Position numbers and translations under genes: made by a program. A stretch of DNA of 63,998 bases, the filler included, from Dirinaria sp. TL-2023a (lineage: Eukaryota), in the NCBI GenBank assembly GCA_051941275.1. It is 7 parts of 7 records of this genome, joined end to end, with 100 filler letters (N's around TTAATTAATTAA, not from the genome) between each part and the next. Parts side by side here need not be neighbours in the genome. Positions count along the whole stretch, not along the records: positions 9,237 to 18,359 come from JAVEBF010001094.1; positions 18,460 to 27,561 come from JAVEBF010001095.1; 5 more parts are not named here. The stretch is one strand, 5' to 3'. Below the pieces are notes generated by a model. It saw only the letters and a list, made by a program, of their open reading frames with translations. It was not told the DNA's origin and ran no database searches. Each line of letters begins with the position of its first letter. The first letter of the stretch is position 1. Positions 12,619 to 25,040 of this stretch are shown one piece after another.

Positions 12619-13047
12619 TATTTTAGTTCAGGGCTGTTCGCGTCATCTTCCCTAAGGAATCTATATCCGACTCTCAGCGATTGATCTGGAATTGTGATTC
12701 TAATTGAATTGGAAAAGTTGAGAATTAAAAGATATGGAACCGTAAACCCTAAAGTGCTTCATTAAGGCGCCGAGGGCGCCTAAAGTAAGGGTCAGAGCTA
12801 GCCCAGCCCTAAAGCCCCTTACGTCACATTGAAATGAAGGCCGTAAGGTATGATCAGTGAAATGCTTGGCCAACCTTCAATAAGTGAAGATTCCCTGTTT
12901 GCGAACCTGTTTAAATTTCTACAACCGCAGCACACTGTCTTTGATTCCCAAGGCTAGGTTCTAAATCGAACTTCTACGCAAAACCCACAAAACTTCGCGA
13001 CTTGCACTTCGCGCATCTCTCGGAGCACGTATTCAAAATCCACGAAG

Positions 13048-13621
13048 ATGGCGCTCGGCCGCTCACGTTTCAAGAAGTCGTCCTCCAGCTCTCCATCGCC
13101 CTTCCCTTTGCTATTGGCCAATTGGATCCTCCGCTTTCTCCAGTTCGTCTTCGCCATTGCGGTTATTGGCCTGTACGCGCAGGACCTGAAGAACGCGCAT
13201 CACGAGCACAAATACACGGATTCGAAATGGGCGTACGCCGTAGCCGTCGGAACGCTGAGTGCCTTCACTTGCATCGTGTACGTGATACCGAAAGTGCCGA
13301 GCTATTGGGCGTTCGGGTGGGATTTGATCCTCTTGTAAGTAGTTGACAATTTGCCAATAGAGGCAAGACTCAATCCGCGATTCTACGAGCTGATGACTTA
13401 ATCTCAATAGTATCCTGTGGGCAGCCGTGTTCGGCATCTTTGGCAAGATGTATATCCATGAGAATCCAGAAGGTATCAGTGGCATCAAACGGATGAAGAA
13501 TGCGGTATGGGTGGATCTCATCAACATGCTTCTCTGGTTTTTCACCGCAATCTTTGCGTCCGTGTGGTTCTTCTTCTTAAGAGGTGGGAGATCGCTTCAT
13601 ACTGGTCGAGCAACTGTTTAA
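13048..13621 (+). CDS. MARVEL-domain four-TM membrane protein, 2 exons
   Basis: ILRFLQFVFAIAVIGLYAQDL, KWAYAVAVGTLSA, WDLILFILWAAVFGIFGKMYI and RMKNAVWVDLINMLLWF. Intron 13335-13410. Confidence 0.85.
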
Positions 13622-14309
13622 GGTGATCCGTGTTCCCCACTGCGCAACTATTAGAAGCTCATTGGGGGATGGCAGCGACGGCTATTGAGGTGACTTAATG
13701 AAAGATTGTCCTACGAGCCAGGGCCGCCAGCTCTTGCTGCGCGAAGTTGATGATGAAATCGTTCGGTGATGGAGTTCCTATGGGTGGCTTTGTAAGTCGT
13801 TTTTGGCACGCATGATATCAATGATGCTTTACTCCTGTCGTGTACATATTAGTGGCAGAATTAATAAGGTAATTAGTCCTGGTATATATCCGCTGAAAAT
13901 CCAGCCAATCCATGTAACTGATTGTTCACAAAGGATCCTTAATCTGTACCATCCAACAAGTCATCTGGTATGTTTCTTGGACTTGTGCTTGACCTCCCTT
14001 GAAACCTAGCAGCTCTGACTGAAATCCTTCTGGTAGGTATCGTGTCCAAAATGGTAAATCATGCCATGCCGCGATATCTGATCTTCGAAGAACATGAACC
14101 GTAGTGTCTCTGAGCCTTGATCGTAATCATTAGTGGGGCCCCAATTTATACGTTACGTCATGTAAGCAATAGCAAAAAACCCCCTCGACCCCTCTGAGCT
14201 TGACTTCGGAAGAATCGGACCGAAAACATTCGACGTCTTTTCGCCCACCAGCGTTTGCAAGCCTTCGGCAATTCTCAACTCCAATGTGCGGTCAATTTCA
14301 GAAGGCAAA

Positions 14310-15795
14310 ATGCTGCCATTCTTTGCAGCACTGGTGTCTGAGCTTGGTGTGTCCTCGATGTTGCAGTCCTCTCGAGATACCAAGCTCTTATGTCTGCAAA
14401 GATTCGTCAGGCTCTTCGCCTACGGTGCATCTACGTTGATCCTTGCTCTGTACCTATCCAGCCTTCACATTTCAGATGCAAGGATTGGCCTATTCATGAC
14501 ATTGACCCTTCTTGGAGATGTAGTCATAAGTTTCATACTCACCCTGTTCGCAGATGGCTTAGGTCGACGAAGGATTTTGGCAGCCGGAGCGGCCTTCATG
14601 ACCGCAAGCGGCGTGGTCTTTGCACTAACAGGGAATTACTGGATCCTTGTCACAGCAAGTATCATCGGGGTCATTAGCCCTAGGTCAGACTCCCAAACAT
14701 CGACAAGAAAACCGTGCTGGCTAGCGACACGCTGACGAGGGCAGCGGCAACGAGATCGGGCCATTTCGTGCGGTCGAAGAATCGACGCTTGCGCAGCTAA
14801 CGCCCACACCGTTACGCAGTGATGTCTTTGCTTGGTATACACTGCTAGGAAATGCAGGGATGGCTTGCGGTACAGTTCTCTGTGGCTGGATTGTCCAATG
14901 GCTCTCATCAATGGACACTTGGACCGATACGCAGGCTTACCGCACAATCTTCTGGATGTACGCTCTTCTTGGTCTGGTGAAGCTTGGATTGTCTCTCATG
15001 CTAAGTGCTGCCTGTGAGCCTGAGCCTGAGCCCAAGAAGTCGGAGATCGAAGATCAGCTGGACATGGGCGAAGTGGAGGCCGAAGGTTTGCTGTCAGATG
15101 AAGAGGCAGACAGTCCGCGCGAACCGGCTCCAAAGACACAACGCAGGAAACCTAAAGTGTTCGTCTTGCCTGATATTTCTCCTGGCTCGCGTAGTATCCT
15201 TCTCAAACTCTGCCTTCTCTTTGCCATAGACTCTTTGGCGTCAGGCCTAGTGCCCATGACATGGATCACGTACTTCTTCACCAGGAAATTTTCGCTGCCC
15301 GAAGGTTTCCTAGGCACGCTTTTCTTTTTTACCAATATCGTCTCGTCTATTTCGAACCTCGTTGCTTCATCACTGGCCAAGAGAATAGGACTAATCAAGA
15401 CGATGGTCTTCACACATCTGCCGTCGGCGATCTTTCTGGCGCTCATCCCGCTGCCTGGTAATGTTGGTCTAGCAACGACTTTCCTGATTCTGAGATCCTG
15501 CATGGCCCACATGGACCAAGCACCTCGGCAGGCTTTCCTCGCTGCTGCTGTCCTACCTAATGAGCGGACGGCGGTGATGGGTGTGGTCAATGTAGTGAAA
15601 ACCCTCAGCCAAAGTGCAGGGCCTGTAGCAACCGGCTGGCTCGCTAGTGCCCAAAAATTTTGGATTGCGTTCCTGGTCGCAGGTGGCATGAAAGCGAGCT
15701 ACGATCTGGCCATGCTCAAGATGTTTTTAGGCTACAAATCTAGAGAGGAGCAGGAAAGAGAGGACGAAGAAGGCGCAGCAAGGGCTAATAGGTAG
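14310..15795 (+). CDS. Major facilitator superfamily transporter, 2 exons
   Basis: MFS motif A (FADGLGRRRIL), SPSGNEIGPFRAVEESTLAQL across intron 14684-14744, LAKRIGLIKTMVFTHLPS and MDQAPRQAFLAA; many hydrophobic helices. Confidence 0.92.
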
Positions 15796-16016
15796 GGATC
15801 GTGGATTACAAAACTCGGAAGCAACGGAACAACGAATTTATCAGCGGAACGGATAGGAACCAGAGGTTGTGAAGGAGCCGAGATCAGTATTTTCCGATAT
15901 CGAGTTGTGATAGCTGACGACCATGAAACGCCAAAATCCACCTCATCAAAGCTCAAAGGTCCCATCATGGCCATTATGCCGCGTTCATACCCATCGCTCG
16001 CTAATGAAAGCCGGTC

Positions 16017-16624
16017 TTAAAACCTGTCTCCCCAAATCCCCACAATCGCAACAGCCCACGCCGCACCCCAAATGCCAGCCTTCCAGCCCATCCTCGCTCG
16101 CCACTTCTCCATCCCCTCTCGCAGGACCTCTCCATTCACACTCCCATCTTCGACCTCCCAATCCTCCATCCCTTCGTCCTCGGTCTCCTTTTTCTTGCTC
16201 AGCATGCCCCAGATCTCACTCCCGAAGCCTGCCACTGTAGCCAGCGTTGCCCAGAGGAGATACGGGTGGCGTCCTCGCGGCGGAGAGATTAGATATGCAA
16301 GTAGAAGAGAAGAAGTGCCCAGGGTGGAAAGAGCAACTTGATGTCTTGCAGTGACGGCGCGGAGATGCAGGAAGGTGGCGTGCGCAGGCGCCGCGGACGG
16401 GAGAGCGAGGAGGGGTGGGAGCGTCGTTGTGGATAGTGTGTATGATACGCCCTGGAGAGTTAAAATTGTTTAGTATCAGACGGTGGTACTACTCGTTTAC
16501 GGCAACAGATGTAGGGAGGCGCTTTAAGGGACGGGCAAAAAGCGGGATGGGAAAGTCTTACTGTGAGTAAACCTAGGCTAATCGTCCCCACGAACTTGGA
16601 AATGGTTATCGTGGGGCGCGACAT
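16017..16624 (-). CDS. ATG33: Autophagy-related protein 33-like mitochondrial membrane protein, 2 exons
   Basis: MSRPTITISKFVGTISLGLLT, intron about 16452-16561, then GVSYTLST...SPPRGRHPYLLW...VNGEVLREGME...IVGIWGDRF. RHPYL, VNGE and the terminal G(I/L)WGD are ATG33-family hallmarks. Confidence 0.85.
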
Positions 16625-17022
16625 ATTGATAGAGGTAATAGAGAGGTGATCAAAAGGGTTCCTGGGTCTTTAATAGTTGTTGCACAGGGAGATACAGTTG
16701 CGTTGAGATGTGTAAGGTAGGCTGCAGATGCCAGTGCAGTTGGTGGTTGCAATCGAAGATTTAGCGTTGCAAATCCCTTGTACCATCTTGGCATGTTTGC
16801 ACCCCTCGACCCGCCATGTCGATCCGACATCAGCCGGCGGCCCGTCTAAGGTATGGGAGATATCCCGATTACGGCGACCTTCCAATTCAGGCCAGGTTCC
16901 TTAGAAGGAAGAGGAGTATCATCATCGACGGGAAGATCTGACCTCACCAAGATGGCCATGTCTCCAGCTCTCTCGAGCACCTCTTCACCTCGCCCCGTCT
17001 CCCTCAGCAAAACCCGCAAACA

Positions 17023-18024
17023 ATGTCATCGGTCGAAACCACCGAAGGCACCATCCCCTTTGCCGTCCCTGGCATCGACCAGCAATGCAAAACATGGTAC
17101 ACCATCTTCGGAACCCTCTCATCCTCAAGCCGCCCACTCGTAGTCCTGCACGGCGGACCGGGTGTCTGCCACTACTACATGCTGCCCCTGCGCGACATCG
17201 CAGAACACTACCACATCCCCGTGATCATGTACGACCAGCTCGGATGCGGGCAATCGACCCACCTCCCTGAGAAAAAGGGCGCGGGCGATTTTTGGACCGT
17301 GCAGCTCTACCTCGATGAGCTGGACAATCTGCTGCAGCACCTGGGTATTATCCAAGGCGAGTACGACCTGCTCGGACAATCCTGGGGCGGGATGCTGGGC
17401 GCGTGTCACGCCGTGCGCCGGCCGAATGGGCTCCGCCGCCTCGTCATCGCCGATTCTCCTGCTGATATGGTCAGTTGGGTGAAAGCGGCGGATGGGCTGA
17501 GGAGCAAGTTGCCGCCGGATGTGCAGGAGACGTTGACGCGGTGCGAGAGGGAGGGCAGGACGGAGACGGAGGAGTATGAGAAGGCCGTGGATGTTTATTA
17601 CGCGAGGCATCTGTGTAGGGTGAGTCCCATGCCGCCGGATTTGGTGCGGAGCTTCGAGGATATGAAGAGGGATCCTACGGTTATGTTGACGATGTATGAT
17701 GAATCCCCTCCCCACCCCTCTGTTTTAATTTCATATAGATTCTATTGCTAATAGAATGCGTGCTTATTTTACAGGAACGGCCCCTCAGAGTTCTTCATCA
17801 CCGGAACCTTAAAAACATGGGACATCAGACCCGAACTCCATAAAATCGCCGTCCCGACGCTGCTGATCAATGGGCGCTACGACGAAGCCACCGACGACGT
17901 CGTTCAACCGTATTTCAACCATATCCAAAAGGTGAAATGGGTCCGCTTCGCGGAGTCGGCGCATCTCCCCCAGTTCGAGGAGAGAGAGGAGTTCATGAAG
18001 AGCATTGCCGCGTTTTTGGAGTAG
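17023..18024 (+). CDS. Proline-specific peptidase / L-amino acid amidase (peptidase S33, alpha/beta hydrolase), 2 exons
   Basis: LHGGPG, YDQLGCGQSTHLP and nucleophile LGQSWGG. TMNGPSEFFITGTLKTWD spans intron 17694-17774. GRYDEA and ESAHLP supply the catalytic Asp and His. Confidence 0.92.
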
Positions 18025-18359
18025 AGGGCTTCGCTTAGGATTTTTTTTTTTTTTTCTGTTTGTTTGTTCTTGATTTTTTGTGTGTGTGTTGGTGGGAAAA
18101 AGGGAGATCCACACACTCCAAACAAAAATTCATATTTGAGAAAAAAAAGTTTCAGGATATAGATAGATACACGACTCCTATGCTACCTACCCTATTGAAT
18201 ATCTAACCCTCCCCATCCCATCCCAGATGAGGAGGTCTTCTACCAGATCATACCAATACTTGTCATCCTTTTTTTTCACACCCTTCTTTTCTGTTCTTAT
18301 TGAATTGGCAAAACAGCTTATCACCCCAATCCCGCATACGTACACCCTCGATCTAAATC

Positions 18360-18459
18360 NNNNNNNNNNNNNNNNNNNNNNNNNNNNNNNNNNNNNNNNN
18401 NNNTTAATTAATTAANNNNNNNNNNNNNNNNNNNNNNNNNNNNNNNNNNNNNNNNNNNN
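18360..18459. other. Artificial contig linker
   Basis: N44-TTAATTAATTAA-N44. Confidence 0.99.
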
Positions 18460-18918
18460 GTTATTCGTTCTTCGTTGCATCTCTAGTCTCTCCTGCCTCC
18501 ACGTAGGACACGTTAGTAGCACGTGTCTGACTGTCATGCGACCTTGTCCGCAGTCGCAGATCCCTGTGGTCACTCCAGGGACGAGTCGCTCGCTTAAAAA
18601 TTGGTTGAAGCCTATCTTACCCGTCCTCAGCTGTGTAAGCAAAGCGCTGTGTGGCTTCGCCCGACCATCGTGGAGTCGCATATGACGCTGAGTTACCGTA
18701 GGCGCCAACGCGCGATAGTGAGCTCCGTTGGTGTCTTCTTTCCACTTTCTTCGCCATTCTGCGCGGGCTTGTTCTTGAATCAGCGCTGCTCTGGCAGCAG
18801 GTTCGCACGTCAGTTGATCGGGCAGCGAATATTTGTGTGCCTCGTTGGCTACTCTATCCGCTTCTTCATTGCCTCTTATTCCTTTGTGGCCGGGTATCCA
18901 GTGAAGTTCTAAATAAAC
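18460..18918 (-). mobile_element. Non-LTR (LINE, Tad1-like) retrotransposon fragment: end of RNase H plus C-terminal zinc knuckle
   Basis: Open frame YLELHWIPGHKGIRGNEEADRVA (RNase H C-terminal motif), LLTQLRTGKIGFNQFL and CDCGQGRMTVRHVLLTC (CCHC-like). Runs into the contig end. Confidence 0.9.
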
Positions 18919-20134
18919 CTTTCTAGGAACATTTCCGACATAACTAAAGACAAGTGCCTCTTTCTTCCTTTCTCCCTCTTCAGAATATAATTTATTTTCA
19001 AACTTTCTTCTTCTCCCTCCCCCTTATTTCCCCCTAGGTCCCCGGCATCAAGACATTAAACCACATGCTAAAAAAGCCTCACCCTATCCTACCACTAACC
19101 CACCGAAACTCAATTCTTCACAGCAGATCCGATCCACACCAAACACACACACAGAAAACCGCCCTAACAACGGTATCAAAAAAAGAAAAAGAAAAGCCCG
19201 AAAAACCTCCCCCTTCTGCCCCTCCTATCTGTTGACGACTTTAACACTCTCAGCCCGATGCTCCATGTATTTAACCACACACACCTCCATAGTTCTTACA
19301 AAACTAGTCGTCAACTTCAACACTATCACCAAACCCACCAACTGTTCTCTCTGATATCCCAAATCAATTACCTTACCACACCGTTTTTTTTTTCCTTTTT
19401 TTTTTATATATATAATCAAACAGTCCTCCCCAAACCTCCGAACCCAGCATCATCTTGACTGAATACTTATTCACATAACCCTTTCTATTTAACGTCCTGT
19501 CATATCTAGAGGCAATGAGGTACATATCTATCTCAGAGTGATGAATTAAAAAAAAAAAATCTCGAAATTTTGTTCCTGGAAAACGTCGTTGTTGGATGGA
19601 GTACTCTCGATTTGGGAGGGTAGTAGTTAGAGGATGGTTCTAGCAGTAAATGGAAAGAGAAGGGGCAGAAGAAGATTATTTGGGTAGGGATAGGGAGAAA
19701 GGGTAGGTATCTAAAGGGGCTATTCTCTTAGCTGATCGTTTTTTTTTTTTTTTGGTATAGAAAGAGATGGATGAGCTGGAGCACTTGGGATGAGGGAATG
19801 AAGGAGTATAGAAACAGAGATTCTAATGGGGGAGAAGAAAAATGGTGGGGCTGGGTTCTTGTAAGATATAAAAGTTTTCTGAACTTTTTTTTTAGTAAAA
19901 GTAAGACTAGCGATTTAAAAAATTCATAGTTCATACGAAAGAACAAAGTCGATCCCACATCAGATCGATCAACGAAGTAACCCCTTATCTCCAGTCACTA
20001 AGACACCAGTGGCATCCAGAACGGTTCGGTTACACCCCAACCCAATGTAAAGAACCTCCCCCATCCCTCCCCCCCTTTCTTTACCCTCAAAATCCTTAAC
20101 CCGCCTCAAAAGACCACACACGGTAATAAATCAA

Positions 20135-21355
20135 TCACCTCCAATCCTCATCCGACCCATAAAACCCCGCATCATAATCCTCAACATAATCAACCTCATC
20201 CACAGGCGCCCCGTTCCTAACCATCGCATCGACCGAAAGCGTCGCCGCAGCCGCCGTCCGAACCCGTCGTCCAGCCCTGCGATTATTCGCACGCGCTTGT
20301 CGTGCCGAAGCCTGTTGCCTTCCCGCGGCCACCGCTTCATTCATATTGACGCCCGCCACGCCCAGCGCAGTTCTGGAATCGCTGTATACTGTGTAGTACC
20401 GGGACCTGTTTTCGGGGTTGTCGTAGAGGGGATAGGAATCTGGCGGTGGGAGGCGGACGATAGGCTGTGTTAGGGGTTCGGAGCGGGACCGCGAGCGCCG
20501 GTCTGCTGCTGCTGCTGCGCGGGAGGTGTACGGTGGGGGCGAGATGGGTCGGCGCTGCTCGTCTATCCGCAAGGGGAGATCGGGTTCTGAGGATTGGACG
20601 AGGGCGGAGAGGGAGCTGGGTTGTTGGTGGTGGTCGTCTTCTTTTTCGTTGGCACTATAGGATGGGGGGGATGCTTGGGGGGGATCTGGGTTCCGTGTCA
20701 CTTTAGAGTGGGAGATGGCATTCCTGCGCTTACGTGTCTGCTGCATCTGCCAGTTTCCGTCTGCTTTTCTCTTCCCTGGGGATGCCTGCGCTTGTTTCTC
20801 GGCTGGATCGGTGGTGAGGAGATGGTCCCAGTTCGGTTTTTCTCGGATCTTTTTCCCGAATTCTTTTCTTGGTCCCTTTACGGGAGGGTTTTGCACGAGG
20901 CTGGCCAGAAAGGGAAGCATTCGCGGTGGTGATGGAGGATAGCAGCGTAAAAGTTGCCGAGCGCGGTCTCGGGCGGCTTTGAGGTATCTCTGGGGGTCGC
21001 GCCTCGTAGGTTTGTCTGCTGCTTCGGGTGAGGATGAGCTGCTTGGATTGCTGAGAGGTTGCAGTAATAAACCCATGTGTGTCGAGCTGCGTTGCAAAGT
21101 TGGCCGTTCCGGAAGTGTAAGTCGCTCTGGAAGATCAACGGTTGTCTGGAGTGGTTCCCTTGTCGAATTCTCCGCGGACTGGTCCGGGTCATCGCCATTT
21201 TCATGAGATTTATCAGGTGCGACTTCATCGTGCTGGCTGGCCTCATTGGCCTGACTGGCCTCACTGGACGGACTGGCTCCACTAGATGAGCCTGCGTCGT
21301 TGGGTTGACTGAGCGGGGTGTTTTCTTTATTGCTTGATGAAGTAGCCGACTGCAT
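20135..21355 (-). CDS. Hypothetical low-complexity protein (406 aa)
   Basis: Long ATG-started ORF rich in Ser, Pro and Arg with an acidic C-terminus; no recognisable domain. Confidence 0.6.
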   Translation of the reverse strand: MQSATSSSNKENTPLSQPNDAGSSSGASPSSEASQANEASQHDEVAPDKSHENGDDPDQSAENSTREPLQTTVDLPERLTLPERPTLQRSSTHMGLLLQPLSNPSSSSSPEAADKPTRRDPQRYLKAARDRARQLLRCYPPSPPRMLPFLASLVQNPPVKGPRKEFGKKIREKPNWDHLLTTDPAEKQAQASPGKRKADGNWQMQQTRKRRNAISHSKVTRNPDPPQASPPSYSANEKEDDHHQQPSSLSALVQSSEPDLPLRIDEQRRPISPPPYTSRAAAAADRRSRSRSEPLTQPIVRLPPPDSYPLYDNPENRSRYYTVYSDSRTALGVAGVNMNEAVAAGRQQASARQARANNRRAGRRVRTAAAATLSVDAMVRNGAPVDEVDYVEDYDAGFYGSDEDWR

Positions 21356-22031
21356 AGTGACGATGGTTAGTGTGTAATGAGCACTTGCAAATGAATGTTG
21401 CTCGAGTCTATAATTTAATGAACTGCTAAATGAACGTAGAAAAATGATGCGAACAATATGTGTTATGACCTGAGAGATTGGTTACGATTGCAAAGAGGAG
21501 AGAATATTGTCCTCGACATATTTGTTCATGTGCAGATTGGGAAATAGCGTCGAGCGCACCGCTTTTCAGAAGTTACGAGCTATCTTGCCTCAGTGATGCA
21601 GGTGCGAACAAACAAAGCTGCTGTCATTTTCGGAAGTGGGCAAAGAAGGCTTGAGAATAACTCATGTAGACCGTTCTAGACAAATTTTCCCTCGCCTTGT
21701 ACAGATGCTCTAAAAATTGACATAGGAAACAAAGACTCAGAGCTTATCTTTCTCATCATGTCTATCATGAACCTTGTATTTGCATTATGTTAGGGCATCT
21801 ATATGCTCCCAAGCAAAGCTGTGATCAAGAACAAAGGATTATACGTACCAAGACGAACAATGGGCATTGTGAACAACATGGAGACAAAGGGCATTGAGCC
21901 CGATTAGTATTTAGAATGCAGGCGCATTGCTTGGAAGGCCTATCCAGATCATTGATTCACAACCTGGATCTCTAAGTTGCAACAGCCAGCTCTTATTCAA
22001 AATAGCTTATCGACCACCTACTGGAGTGACC

Positions 22032-22934
22032 ATGGATCGAACTCCCACAACCATGATTCCGCAGCCTTCAACCGGGCTCAGGAAGCTCGGAGCTCTGGTG
22101 AATCCCTCTAAAACACTTCGTTCCACCATGGCCTCCGCTTCGGCGACTCGTTTGTCCAAGCCTGCAGCTCAGATAAATGGTCCAGCGCCTGCTGGTCGGA
22201 AACCACGAGAAGAAATATACGCTCCGGGTTACCTGACGGACGCAAAGGTGAGACATTCGATCATGTGCGCGCTAAATCCCGACATAGACACAACACCAGC
22301 CGTACTCGGCCATAAAGATCCGAGTAAACTCCAGATCAATCTGTATCACCCACCGTTCGGAACAGCAGCCATGCCTCTAAGCCTCATTTACTCGGAGGTC
22401 AACTGGCATAGTGATAGCGAAGTCCGCTCGCTGAACAGATGGCGGCAAACAACCTTCATCCACTATTTGGGACCGGAAATCCAAGGTAATCAAGATCTGG
22501 AGAAGGGCTTCGTAGCAGAAACCACCAAGGTTATGCAATATCATACGGTCAGGAATAACCGCGCCAAACGGAAAATGGCTCGTGTACCAGGAGGGGTTGA
22601 TTCCTGGGCCAGAGTCACGGAAGCTTTTGACATGCGTTTCGCTAAAGACCATAGGCTGTCAGGATGCGGCGACATACGAGCAAGTAAGACTCAAGTTGAC
22701 AAGGCCAGTCACGAAGCGGAAACAAAGCGAACAAGCTCATCAGGCTCTGCAGTCTCTCAAGGTGGACGAGGACAGCGAACATCGATTCCGCCACCGAACT
22801 CACAACCGCACAGCCGTCGACCATCCACTTCGTCGAGTTCGGCATCGGAAAGAAGGTCTCGAGTTCCTACAAAGCCGAGAGCTGGCTCATCTGGAATTCC
22901 AAAGCCTGTGCGTACCAGGACTCCGACAAATTAG
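22032..22934 (+). CDS. Hypothetical protein (about 300 aa; ORF track starts at TTG 21927)
   Basis: Long ORF with first in-frame ATG at MDRTPTTM. An ordered core (INLYHPPFG...VNWHSDSEVRSLNRWRQTTF...WARVTEAFDMRF) sits between disordered ends. Confidence 0.6.
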   Translation: MDRTPTTMIPQPSTGLRKLGALVNPSKTLRSTMASASATRLSKPAAQINGPAPAGRKPREEIYAPGYLTDAKVRHSIMCALNPDIDTTPAVLGHKDPSKLQINLYHPPFGTAAMPLSLIYSEVNWHSDSEVRSLNRWRQTTFIHYLGPEIQGNQDLEKGFVAETTKVMQYHTVRNNRAKRKMARVPGGVDSWARVTEAFDMRFAKDHRLSGCGDIRASKTQVDKASHEAETKRTSSSGSAVSQGGRGQRTSIPPPNSQPHSRRPSTSSSSASERRSRVPTKPRAGSSGIPKPVRTRTPTN

Positions 22935-23685
22935 GTGATGGCTGCGATAAATTCGCGTCTCAGTACTTCTAGTAGCTCAGGTAGCTCATTTTCCTAGTCG
23001 TGGGTTGGCCAGTAGCATCTTAATAGTTTTTCAATAGAAGCGTTGCCGCGATCAAAATTTTGATTTCGTGCACTGTAGATTTGGTCTGAGAAAAGGAGCA
23101 ACAAAATTTAGTAATACGCTGATCCGCCGTAAGCCGATCACAATGTAGGACCAAATACAATAAGGCATTCTCCGAGACTTCTGTCGCCTGCCTCCTAGGT
23201 AAGTGGAGCCGCGTGAGGGCATCATAAGTAGAGCAAGCTTTTCGGGCTATCGTTGGAGGTTCACGTGGCCGCCGCGACACCGAAGTAATCTAGCTTGAGA
23301 TAGTATGATGGAGTGCTCGATTTCTGCTGACAATTTAGCCTGCTCGCTGAAGATCGGTGCTGCTGGGCTAAATAAATTCTCGCGACGGAACTTTGCTAAT
23401 TAAATTCCACGATTGCGAGGTCCTTGTTGGCTCACAAATGTTCCTTTACGGTCATTTGACGCTGAATCACTCAATGCTGTATACAGAAATAAATATTGAC
23501 GTCTTTGAGAGCCTTTTCTCGGATCTCTTGCTTCTTGGCGATTCTTTTCCAATCCCTTGGCGATACCTTTCGAAAGTAATTTACTTATTAGGCAATACGA
23601 GGACATTTTTTTTTGACTCGATATGTCTGGAGATTTTCGTGCATGTCTGTCGGACTTCGAGAGCATTCTGGATGCATTAAAAAAA

Positions 23686-24258
23686 GGTAACCAATACCGC
23701 CACACCACCCTACTTTGCTGCCACACCACCCAAACTTTGCTGACACACCACCCTGCCAACTAAATCTGTCTAGGTAGGATCTAGATCTAGTGGGGTAAAG
23801 AACCCGCGTTGTTTACACACGCGTTCTGTCAGCATAAGATATCTGCTTTTTTCTCTACGGTACATTTTATTTCTGCACTCTCAGTTGATCTATCTTGCCG
23901 CCGTCTTCTGCACTTTCAATTGATCTATCTCACTGCCGCCTGACCTATCTCGGGTGAAAAAGGTGAACGGGGTCGACGAGAAGACGACGACGAGGTATTA
24001 GACGTTTCAGACGCCTTCATGAGCACTTCTCAGATGTAAATCTAGCATGTAATAATACTGCATGAAAAAATGGTGATACTCTGGAAAATTTGTTTATGAA
24101 AGTCTAGTAAAATCATCACGTCGGGCGTCAGTAGTGTCAGTACAAAGAAGCCGAGTGCGGGTTCCTGACCTCACTAGGTCTAGATCCTACCTAGATAGGT
24201 TTAGTTGGCAGGGTGGTGTGGCAGCAAAGTAGGGTGGTGTGGCGGTAGTGGTGTTACC
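23686..24258. mobile_element. Non-autonomous DNA transposon (MITE-like) with terminal inverted repeats of about 100-120 bp
   Basis: Left arm 23686-23807 (ggtaaccaataccgccacaccaccctactttgctgcc...ggatctagatctagtggggtaaagaacccgc) is the reverse complement of the right arm 24157-24258. No transposase ORF recognised inside. Confidence 0.8.
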
Positions 24259-25040
24259 CGAGATGTACTTAGCCACTTTGAGGTTTCTTATCCTACTTCT
24301 GTCAGCTCTCTACGCCCCGCTAGCGGGATTGGAGACGATAGATAGGCTAATCGCTTCAAGGTGAGCATGGGTGTTCGGGTTATCTTCGGATAACTCACAT
24401 CCCAAGGCTTAAGGTAGAGTTGGCGTTCGCAGACTACTTGTGCGAGATCATTCTATTCTAACAGAAAGTGAAATTGGACGGCTCATTCCCGAGAATGATC
24501 AAGTTGATCAGAGTAGTCGCTTTGGAGAAATCATTAATTGGTGCGTGTCGGACAGAATAAACCAACAAATACAGCAATAATCATTCACCAGAAGAGGGGT
24601 TTTCTTTTGGTGCAATGTGCAAGAATTTGCTGTCTGACAGTGCGAGTCATAAAGATTGCGATTGCGATTGCTGATCCGACACGGCTTCTAATCCCCTACA
24701 AGGAGATCACCCGTGTCGGCTGAAGAAGAGGCTAAGAGCTAAGCGTCAATAGATTGGTTCGGAGTTGTAGGAGGGATGCTTGCGCAGAAAGATTAGATGG
24801 CGAGTCAGTCAAGTGGGACATCAAACCGGGTTGGACCCTTTGCACTAGGTGAGGAATTAGTTTCTGGCTCAAGGTTATTGTTCGTCACCTAATTGCTACA
24901 TGGATCGTGCAGATCAGACTGACTGAACTCCCTAGACAGCATCGTGGCGGCTTTCTAGCGAATCCATAACAGCGCTTGATCCCTAAACCTTTTCGAGCCA
25001 AATGCAGCCTCCGGCCATCTTTCCGATAGCCAGCCGCCTC

